Assembly: GCA_965216875.1 (NCBI GenBank)
Contig: OZ244207.1
Location: forward strand, 1,504,001 to 1,568,000
DNA length: 64,000 bases
Direction: 5' to 3'
Source of the DNA: Rubripirellula sp.
Lineage (GTDB): Bacteria > Planctomycetota > Planctomycetia > Pirellulales > Pirellulaceae
Shown here: one piece after another, positions 56,587-64,000 of the stretch
Layout of the letters: each line of letters begins with the position of its first letter
Numbering within the stretch: position 1 is the first letter of the stretch
Program-made: the position numbers and the translations under genes
Notes under the pieces: model-generated
Told to the model about the DNA's origin: nothing
The model's database searches: none
The model's input: the letters and a program-made list of their open reading frames with translations, nothing else

Positions 56587-57875
56587 GACACACCTCCAGC
56601 CAACGCGGAAGGTCGACGTTGGTGGTGCGCCGAGTTCGGATCGGAAGACACTTGAGGTGCGAGGTTCGGTTTCGGAGGCGACGCATGTGCGCTATCCGCC
56701 CTGAGGATGGAGACTTGGTGACCGCGGCCATCCCAAATGTCGTCGTCCGGGCGCAGCGTCAACACAAGCACTGGGGTGGAGCCAACACTCTCGAAGAGTT
56801 TTTCCAACGCCAAGTCTGCTTCACCGGCGGAAACATCGTGAGCCATCGCGAGACGAATCAAGTACGTCTCGCGATCGCCGGATGCGGTTGCAACCGAGAC
56901 GCCGTCCGTATGGTCGCCCGGCTGGGAACTTAAAAACATCTGCAGTCGCACCATCTTTGCCGTTAGCTCGGTTACCGCGCTGGCAGCGAAGGACAAAAGG
57001 CGTTCCAGGTCTTCGCGGTGCGCTGCATCGCAAACGGTATCCACAACCAGCACGACCGTTTGAACGGATGGTGATTGAAACTCACGCACGATCGGTTTTC
57101 CGAGTCGAGCCCACGACGCAAAATCCCATCGTCGAACAGGCATCCCCTGTTGGTACTCGCGACTTCCGGTGTAATCGAGCGCATCGCCCGAGAGCAATCG
57201 CCGTGACCAAGCACCCAGTGCGGACAACATCCCCATGGCAGCTGCGTCGTCACCGTCTAGAAGGCGAGGAGTGATTGCGATCGTTGCGTCACTCGCGATC
57301 TTCTGGCGGTTTCGAAACAAATGAAAAGGAAACATCGAATCAACGAGCACGGCTGGGATCGAATGCAAACCGCGGTGATGAAAGAGCAGCGTCGTTCTTA
57401 CAGAAACGTTCTCCTGATGGGCGATGTAGCTAATTGCCCGAGACGTTTCGTCGCTTTCGTAGAGTGGCAGCTTGCCCTTGGCACGCATGCGTTTGACCGA
57501 CCTGGGATGGGCGAAACGCGAAAAGCGAACGAACATATCAATGGCAGGAAGCGGACTGCGATTGGCGACATGCATGGTTACCGAAAACGGTTCGCCAGCG
57601 GGCGCACTATTGGGGAGCGTGTGGGTGACACGCAGCCTGGGGCTCATGAACCGATTGGAGAGCCACCCAATGGCGAGCAGCGAAACGGACGCCGAGAAGA
57701 TTCCCATCCAGGGATAGCCCCAGACGATGTTGAGTGAGATGATCGCGACAAGCAGCAAGCCGACGGACGCCGTTGTCATCGATTGACGAAAAGAAAGCAG
57801 AAGTCGCAGCGGCCAAATCGCCAAAGCGAAGATCAGCTTGATCGATCGCAAACCGAATCGAAACGCGGCGTTCAA
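56583..57875 (-). CDS. DUF58 domain membrane protein
   Basis: TTGA overlap with the moxR stop. N-terminal TM segments, FPFHLF and SREYQQGMPVRRWDFASWAR. Confidence 0.88.
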   Translation of the reverse strand: MNAAFRFGLRSIKLIFALAIWPLRLLLSFRQSMTTASVGLLLVAIISLNIVWGYPWMGIFSASVSLLAIGWLSNRFMSPRLRVTHTLPNSAPAGEPFSVTMHVANRSPLPAIDMFVRFSRFAHPRSVKRMRAKGKLPLYESDETSRAISYIAHQENVSVRTTLLFHHRGLHSIPAVLVDSMFPFHLFRNRQKIASDATIAITPRLLDGDDAAAMGMLSALGAWSRRLLSGDALDYTGSREYQQGMPVRRWDFASWARLGKPIVREFQSPSVQTVVLVVDTVCDAAHREDLERLLSFAASAVTELTAKMVRLQMFLSSQPGDHTDGVSVATASGDRETYLIRLAMAHDVSAGEADLALEKLFESVGSTPVLVLTLRPDDDIWDGRGHQVSILRADSAHASPPKPNLAPQVSSDPNSAHHQRRPSALAGGVS

Positions 57876-58897
57876 ACCGGAACCTCCACTTGCTGTACCA
57901 GTTCTTCGATGACCATCGTTGTTTCGCTGGCCTTCGCCGAAACGCTCCGCGCTGCGACGCGATGGGCAAGTGTCGCGACCGCGAGTGCTTGGATATCGTC
58001 TGGCATGACAAAGTCGCGACCGTCGAGCGTTGCTTTGGCTTGAGCGGCTCGCAGTAGCATTTTTGAGCCGCGCGGGCTGCATCCAACACGTAATCGAGTG
58101 TCGCGCCGCGTCGCGTTGACGAGTTCAACAAGGTAGTGTGCAACATTCCGCTCGACCTTGACGTGCCGAACCAGGTTTTGAAGTGCGACCAGGTCGTCGC
58201 CGTGCATCACCGGCTGCAAGGTTGAATGAGGGTCGTTTGCCGCCTGGTCAAGCAGCAGGTCGACTTCGCTTTCGGCGTCCGGGTAGTTCATCGACAAACG
58301 CAACAAGAAGCGGTCAAGCTGCGACTCGGGTAGCGGAAACGTCCCCTCAAAGCCACTCGGGTTTTGTGTGGCGATGACAACAAAGGGTTGTCGTAAATCA
58401 CGACCGACACCATCGATCGTGACTTGAGCCTCGGCCATCGCCTCGAGCAGTGCACTTTGCGTCCGCGGAGACGCACGATTGATCTCGTCGGCAATCAAGA
58501 GGTTGCAAAAGATCGGGCCAGGACGGAATTCAAAGGTCCCACTTGAAGGCTGAAAGATCGAGCTCCCCAAAATGTCCGCCGGCAAAAGGTCGGGCGTGCA
58601 CTGCACTCTCTGGAAGTCGAGGTCGATCAATGCGGCTAGCGATTTTGCCAAAGTCGTTTTGCCAACTCCAGGAACATCTTCCAACAGCACAGAGCCTTCG
58701 GCGAGCATCGCGGTCAAGACGAGATCAATCACCTCCTCTTTGCCGCGGATCACCGTTTGAATCTTCTGACGTACGGTTTCGATCTGGGCCAGTAGCTCGG
58801 GGGCGCGTGCTCGTGCGCGATCACTGGCTTCGCGGTCGTTGGCTTCGTCGGGGTGTTCTTCCACTGCCGATTCCATGTCGCTGGCTCTAGCATCCAT
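57872..58897 (-). CDS. moxR: MoxR-family AAA+ ATPase
   Basis: LEDVPGVGKTT, VQCTPDLLP, ADEINRASPRTQSALLEAM and EGTFPLPESQLDRF. The start could be 58897 or 58876. Confidence 0.95.
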   Translation of the reverse strand: MDARASDMESAVEEHPDEANDREASDRARARAPELLAQIETVRQKIQTVIRGKEEVIDLVLTAMLAEGSVLLEDVPGVGKTTLAKSLAALIDLDFQRVQCTPDLLPADILGSSIFQPSSGTFEFRPGPIFCNLLIADEINRASPRTQSALLEAMAEAQVTIDGVGRDLRQPFVVIATQNPSGFEGTFPLPESQLDRFLLRLSMNYPDAESEVDLLLDQAANDPHSTLQPVMHGDDLVALQNLVRHVKVERNVAHYLVELVNATRRDTRLRVGCSPRGSKMLLRAAQAKATLDGRDFVMPDDIQALAVATLAHRVAARSVSAKASETTMVIEELVQQVEVPV

Positions 58898-59376
58898 CAA
58901 TACATCTTCCCTGCCGATCGAGTTATCGCGAAGCCTCGCCAATGCACACCTTGGGCTCTCACGCGCTGAAGGTTTTCCTCAGCGGTGACAAGTTGCATCG
59001 ACGAAGACAACACATCGCGTCGCCTCAGGTATGCAAGATACCCACAGTCGCGAACGATGTGACGAGTGTTGGTTGAAAAAACTGCGACGAGTGATGAAAA
59101 GGTTGGCGTCGAAAGCGGATCGATGATGGATGTGAAGAAGCAATGAATGAAAATCGATCGGCGACGTGAAGACAGCAAGCCGTTGGTGAATCCGAATTCA
59201 GATTCGACGACTCGTCTGCCTCCCTTGACGCAACGCAAGTAGTTTACATTGGGCGGATCGAATTGGTTCACGTTGAAACCGCGATTTTTTTGGCCTGCGT
59301 GCTTTCGAGAGTCACTTCCATTCTGTTGAAGTTTGCGGCGCCTCCTTTTTTGAACCTTGTGTCCTTTTCTTGAACC

Positions 59377-60153
59377 TTGCGTCCTCATCATCCGCATCGC
59401 GAGCAGTTGCCAGTCGGCCATCGGTCGCTCGAAATCCAAGTCACCGACGATGGCTCGCGGACATTGATCGATACGAGCCAATTCGAGCCCTTCCATGCGA
59501 CAGGGGTGGCATTCCACAGTGCCTCGGGAGCGCTCGCCGAAACCAAACACGTTTACCTTTCCAACAGCGGCGTCGCCCGTCGACTTGAATCTGGCCAGCA
59601 GACTTCGGTCCTTGAGGTTGGTCTCGGCACTGCAATGGGCATGCTTGTGACGGTTGATTTGGCGGTCACCAATGGGGCTTCTGTTAACTATCTCGCACTT
59701 GAACGGCAATGGCTTTCGGCCGACGTCATCCGCCAACTGCAGATTGGTCATTGGGTCGTCAATCAAGCGATCGCCGAAAGCTATTTGCACTGGCGGTCGA
59801 CATTGCCCGAGTCGGTGCCTGAGGGCGTCTATCAATGGTCGCCGACGGACGAAGTGTCGGTGGCGGTCCAGGTCGGTGACGCATTGGATTGGCGTCCGGA
59901 ACAAGAGGGTTGTTTTGACGCGATCTATTTCGATCCGTTCGCGCCCGAGGAGAATGCCGAGCTTTGGACATGCGACTATCTCAGACGCATGCGTGCGGCG
60001 TTGGCGGACGACGGCAAGCTCACGACTTACTGCGTCAGTCGGTTGGTGCGCGACAACCTCGTCGCTGCGGGCTTATCGGTCGACGTGGTTGCTGGACCTC
60101 CCGGCGGCAAACGGAATGTTCTGATTGCCCAGAGGGAATCGGCGGCAGGGTGA
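59377..60153 (+). CDS. mnmD: tRNA mnm5s2U methyltransferase, stand-alone MnmC N-terminal (MnmD-type) domain
   Basis: TDDGSRTL, FHSASGALAETKHVY, LEVGLGTA, DAIYFDPFAPEENAELW, LTTYC and GPPGGKR. Start uncertain. Confidence 0.88.
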   Translation: MRPHHPHREQLPVGHRSLEIQVTDDGSRTLIDTSQFEPFHATGVAFHSASGALAETKHVYLSNSGVARRLESGQQTSVLEVGLGTAMGMLVTVDLAVTNGASVNYLALERQWLSADVIRQLQIGHWVVNQAIAESYLHWRSTLPESVPEGVYQWSPTDEVSVAVQVGDALDWRPEQEGCFDAIYFDPFAPEENAELWTCDYLRRMRAALADDGKLTTYCVSRLVRDNLVAAGLSVDVVAGPPGGKRNVLIAQRESAAG

Positions 60154-60169
60154 ACTAATCGCTGGTGAG

Positions 60170-61087
60170 TTAGTCGCCGGTAAATTCTGCGACCTTGTCG
60201 GCAACCTCGGTGAATCTGTTCATCGGCAGGGCATCGTTGTGCCCCATACCGTCGACAAGGATCCAATGCTTGGGCTGGCAGGTGGCCAATTCGTACAAAC
60301 TGCGCCCTCGTTCGGTCGGCACCACGCGGTCGGGAGTTCCATGGACAACCACAAGCGGTCCGTCGTATTGCTGCAAACGCTGCGCAGAATTGAAACGATT
60401 ACGCATCAAGGTGCGAACCGGGACGATCGGGAATTTGGTCGCAGCCACCTCGGGCAGACTGTCAAAGGTGCGTTCCATGACCAATGCCTTTGCACCACCA
60501 TCAGCCGCAACCGCCGCGGCGCAACCACCACCCAACGACCGTCCATAAAGGATCAGGTCGGTCGGTGCCACATTGTGACGCTCGCACAAGTAGTCTCTTG
60601 CAGCCAAGCAGTCGGCGATGATCGCATCTTCGCTCGGAGATCCTTCTTCGCGAAAACCGCGGTATTCGACGAGCAGGACCGACGCGTCGAACGCCTCGGA
60701 GAGTTTACGTGCGAGCGGATCGAGCCAGATGGCTTTACTCGCATTGCCATGAAAGAACATGACGTTGCGATCGGTGCGTTCATGGATCAGTAGGCGTCCG
60801 GTGACCTCGACGCCGTCGGCGGCGGTGTAGGTGACATCCTCGATACGTCGATCGAGCATCGACTCGGGCAACGCTCGCGAGCCATCACTCATGTAGGCTC
60901 CGGGGAAGACTAGTCGCGATTCCATCATCACGAGTGAGACTAAGATGGTGACGTAAGAAACGATGGCCAAGCGAACCATCGCTACGCCCGCACGCGCAGG
61001 CAAGGAGCGGTGGCGGCGAGCTGGCTTGGCCTTGCTGCCCCTTGTCACATTCTCGTCGTCTGAGTTTTGGTTGTCCTTTTCTGTCAC
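60170..61087 (-). CDS. Alpha/beta hydrolase (ABHD13/Bem46-like) with N-terminal anchor
   Basis: FFHGNA, EYRG, GRSLGG, HGTPD and GHND. Start uncertain (GTG 61087 or 61048, or ATG about 60979). Confidence 0.88.
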   Translation of the reverse strand: MTEKDNQNSDDENVTRGSKAKPARRHRSLPARAGVAMVRLAIVSYVTILVSLVMMESRLVFPGAYMSDGSRALPESMLDRRIEDVTYTAADGVEVTGRLLIHERTDRNVMFFHGNASKAIWLDPLARKLSEAFDASVLLVEYRGFREEGSPSEDAIIADCLAARDYLCERHNVAPTDLILYGRSLGGGCAAAVAADGGAKALVMERTFDSLPEVAATKFPIVPVRTLMRNRFNSAQRLQQYDGPLVVVHGTPDRVVPTERGRSLYELATCQPKHWILVDGMGHNDALPMNRFTEVADKVAEFTGD

Positions 61088-61173
61088 GTTCGCGTACCCT
61101 GGTGCCAGAAGGTTTGCCAAGTCTGTCACGGCAAGCGTCATCAAAGCAAAGTTCTACGTCCGAGTCAAAACCC

Positions 61174-62337
61174 TTGTCCGAACCGAATTCCCAACCTGAC
61201 GCTTCCGAAGGCGAGTCCGACGCGAGTGGCCAAGCGGTACGACCGATGCGAGAGATCAACTTTGAACACAGTTCAAAGTTCGTGCCGATTTTGCAGCACC
61301 TCGGTGTGTCGTTGCTCGTGTCGACCTACGCAGCGGGAAAAGTGGCTTGCGTTGGCACTGGCCCTGACGGATTGCGTCTCGGCTTTTCGAACTTTCAGCG
61401 TGCGATGGGGATGGCGATCGATCAAAACCGGCTCGCCATTGGTGGTCCCAATTTGATTTGGCTGATGCGAGACGCCGAGCAACTTGCGTCCCAAATCGGC
61501 CCGCCCGGCCGACACGATCGCGCCTTCCTTGCTCGCGAGTCGTTTGTCACCGGCAACATTTCGATTCATGAAATGGGCTGGGGCAGCGAGGGAGAGCTTT
61601 GGGTCGTCAACACGCTCTTTTCGACCCTCTGCACGCTGCACGAAGATTTCAATTTTGTTCCCCGCTGGCAGCCGCCCTTTATCGACGCACTGGCACCCGA
61701 GGACCGGTGCCATATGAATGGCATGTTGATGGTCGATGGCAAGCCGAGGTACGTCACGGCGTTGGGAACGAGCAACGAAGCGCGCGGATGGCGAGAGAAG
61801 AAAGCCAACGGCGGAGTGCTGATCGACATTGAAAGTGGCGAGCAGGTCGCGAGCGGATTCTGCATGCCGCACTCACCGCGAATGCACCAAGGAAAGCTGT
61901 TCCTGCTCGACAGCGGCCATGGCAGATTGGTTGTTGTTGACCCTCAAAGTGGCAGCTACGAGATGGTGACCGAGTACCCGGGCTACGGTCGCGGGATGGC
62001 ACTTCATGGTCAGTTTGCGTTCATCGGGATGAGCAAAGCACGCGAAACCTCCGTCTTTGGGGGGGTGCCGATTTGCGCGGATCGATCGAAAATGCGTTGC
62101 GGAGTGGTTGTCGTCGATTTAGTCTCGGGTAGTTGTGTCGCTTATTTGGAATTCAAGACGGGAGTCGAGGAACTCTTTGACGTCCAGGTCGTCAGTGCTC
62201 AGAGCCCGGTGATTTGTGGCCCCTATCCAGTTGAAGATGAGCAGCCACCCGTTTGGGTCATTCCGCCCCACTCGCAAACTAACGCGCTGCTTGCCAATTC
62301 TTCCGGTAGGACCGTTCGCAGGAAACCTACGGCTTAG
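61174..62337 (+). CDS. TIGR03032-family (DUF4915) protein
   Basis: SLLVSTYAAGK, TGNISIHEM, VNTLFSTLC, WQPPFIDALAPEDRCHMNG and MPHSPR. Start is TTG 61174 or ATG 61246. Confidence 0.9.
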   Translation: MSEPNSQPDASEGESDASGQAVRPMREINFEHSSKFVPILQHLGVSLLVSTYAAGKVACVGTGPDGLRLGFSNFQRAMGMAIDQNRLAIGGPNLIWLMRDAEQLASQIGPPGRHDRAFLARESFVTGNISIHEMGWGSEGELWVVNTLFSTLCTLHEDFNFVPRWQPPFIDALAPEDRCHMNGMLMVDGKPRYVTALGTSNEARGWREKKANGGVLIDIESGEQVASGFCMPHSPRMHQGKLFLLDSGHGRLVVVDPQSGSYEMVTEYPGYGRGMALHGQFAFIGMSKARETSVFGGVPICADRSKMRCGVVVVDLVSGSCVAYLEFKTGVEELFDVQVVSAQSPVICGPYPVEDEQPPVWVIPPHSQTNALLANSSGRTVRRKPTA

Positions 62338-62444
62338 TTTTCCCACCCCATCGTTGGATTCTGTACACTAAGCCACCACAAAGGTGCTCCCACCTTACTT
62401 TTCCATCTTATCTATTCGGTACTGCTTTTCTGAGACGTCCCAAT

Positions 62445-64000
62445 ATGCTGCGCTCCTCAAAGGTCTCAACCGATCACAAGTCGCGGTCCAAAACCACTCG
62501 TGGCCGCAAAGCACGCAACAAAGCAAAACGCCAACGTCGACAACTCACCGCTTCAATGGAAGCGCTTGAGCCTCGGCATCTGCTTGCCTTTTCATCCGCC
62601 TTGCTCGGGGACATCAATCAATTCGGCGTCTCGCCGTTGATTGATACGATGATCGAATACAACAACCAGGCCTTGTTTGTTGCCGACGACGGGCAAACGG
62701 GCGCCGAGTTGTGGATCAGTGACGGAACCGAAGGTGGCACCGTCCAGGTTGCTGACATCCTTCCCGGCCAAGATGGCTCACAACCAAGCAATCTTACGAT
62801 CGTGGGCAGCGAAGTTTTCTTCACCGCGCTCGATGCTGATGATGAGTTTGATTTGTGGAAAACGGATGGCACAACCCTTGGCACGGTGAAAGTGTTTGAT
62901 GCCGATGCCAACGGAGTCTATTACCCCAATCATTTGACCGAGTCGGGCGGCAAGCTTTTCTTCACCGCATACGAATACGCAAGCGGCTACGAGCTATGGG
63001 CAAGTGATGGTTCAAGTTCCGGCACGCTGTTGTTGGCCGACATCAACCCGGTCCAGGACATTGGTGAAGGGCCGCGCGAGCTGACCGACGTCAACGGAAC
63101 GTTGTTCTTTTCGCAGTACACCAATGGCTACGACAACCGCGAGCTGTTCAAGAGCGATGGGACTCCAGCCGGTACGGTGCTTGTCCGAAACATCGACGGG
63201 GACGCTTACGATAGTTCGTATCCCGAAAACCTGACCAACGTCGGTGGCGTTTTGTACTTCACGGCGACGACACCTACCGATGGCGTCGAGCTGTACAAGA
63301 GTGACGGAACGGAACTCGGAACGGTTCAAGTCCAAGACTTGAATCCAGCTGGCGATTCCTATCCGCGCGAATTGACCGAGTTCAATGGGCAAGTGTTGTT
63401 CTCGGCCGACGCCGGATTGGGACGTCAACTTTATCGAAGTGACGGAACCACCATCACGTTGGTCGCCGATACGACTGGGGTTGGCGATCCATCCGATCCG
63501 ACTGAATTGACGGTCGTCGGAAACGAGCTGTTCTTTTCGTCCTTTGGCGGGGGAATCCCTGGTCCGACGTCCGCCATCTCGCCAACGCTCAACCCTTCAC
63601 CAAATAGCAACTCACGAAACTCAAGTGGCCGCGCAGGCGTTGTGCACTCGGTCTCGACCGATGGTTCAGGCTACGCCAATGAAGGCGTGTTGCGGACCGC
63701 GACCTCGCTAAGCAACTTCACAACCATCACCGGCGGTGCCGGCAAGATCGGAGCACCTGGAGTTGGGTTGACCCATTTGGAGCCTGGCGATCTGTACCTC
63801 CAGGACATTGATGCGGGGGAATTGCAGGTTCACGCTTGGGATTGGGAAATCAGTGACCCAGCCGGTTTGACCAATATCGATTTTTCTGGGTTCATCTCAG
63901 GCAACGAGTTCTTCCGCCTGCAAAACGATCCAGCAGGTCCTGAGGGTGCGATCTTTGAGCTCTTCTTGAATGGTTCCACGAACCCAACGACGACACTCCT
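62445..64000 (+). CDS. Large secreted ELWxxDGT-repeat protein (3' end truncated; absent from the ORF track)
   Basis: Manual translation is open from ATG 62445 to the window end. Basic leader, EALEPRHLLA export motif, and repeats ELWISDGT, DLWKTDGT, ELWASDGS, ELFKSDGT, ELYKSDGT, QLYRSDGT. Confidence 0.93.
   Translation, partial: MLRSSKVSTDHKSRSKTTRGRKARNKAKRQRRQLTASMEALEPRHLLAFSSALLGDINQFGVSPLIDTMIEYNNQALFVADDGQTGAELWISDGTEGGTVQVADILPGQDGSQPSNLTIVGSEVFFTALDADDEFDLWKTDGTTLGTVKVFDADANGVYYPNHLTESGGKLFFTAYEYASGYELWASDGSSSGTLLLADINPVQDIGEGPRELTDVNGTLFFSQYTNGYDNRELFKSDGTPAGTVLVRNIDGDAYDSSYPENLTNVGGVLYFTATTPTDGVELYKSDGTELGTVQVQDLNPAGDSYPRELTEFNGQVLFSADAGLGRQLYRSDGTTITLVADTTGVGDPSDPTELTVVGNELFFSSFGGGIPGPTSAISPTLNPSPNSNSRNSSGRAGVVHSVSTDGSGYANEGVLRTATSLSNFTTITGGAGKIGAPGVGLTHLEPGDLYLQDIDAGELQVHAWDWEISDPAGLTNIDFSGFISGNEFFRLQNDPAGPEGAIFELFLNGSTNPTTTL

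Noticed and set aside
59225..59250. Sigma-70 promoter TTGACG...TACATT upstream of mnmD
   Set aside because: The spacer is only 14 nt.
37155..61144. Long N-terminal extensions and large gene overlaps in the ORF track (starts 38567, 43391, 52554, 58082, 61042, 61144)
   Set aside because: Downstream starts with RBS or ATGA/TTGA coupling fit better. The extensions are artefacts of longest-ORF calling.
1..64000. tRNA, rRNA, prophage, integrase or defence-system genes
   Set aside because: No matching structure or protein motif was seen by eye. Small RNAs cannot be excluded without covariance-model searches.

Overview
Gene-dense chromosomal window from a planctomycete, probably Pirellulaceae (Rhodopirellula/Stieleria-like). 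The assignment is inferred from three sulfatases, a DUF1549/DUF1553-DUF1501 pair, a DUF1559 pilin-like gene, PQQ-like propellers, an ECF sigma/Ser-Thr kinase pair and LEPRxLL export motifs. About 47 CDSs are supported; no rRNA, tRNA or CRISPR array was seen. Highlights: (1) a tightly coupled eight-gene minus-strand cassette (15522->7822) that joins a BLUF photoreceptor and an NO-type H-NOX haem sensor to two histidine kinases and REC-HDOD, REC-degenerate-HD and REC-HD-GYP outputs, a candidate light+NO input into c-di-GMP turnover; (2) an intact REP-associated tyrosine transposase (RAYT) flanked by 100-bp REP doublets whose arms resemble E. coli REPs and whose spacers are always 22 nt long, with further copies elsewhere; (3) two more dispersed repeat families, one carrying a cap that overlaps TAG stop codons; (4) a 176-aa secreted 'patchwork' protein made of short motifs from several abundant planctomycete families, divergent from the ECF/kinase pair; (5) a tandem GAAA-hairpin leader upstream of a Cys-rich propeller operon. 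All calls come from motif recognition by eye; no database searches were run.
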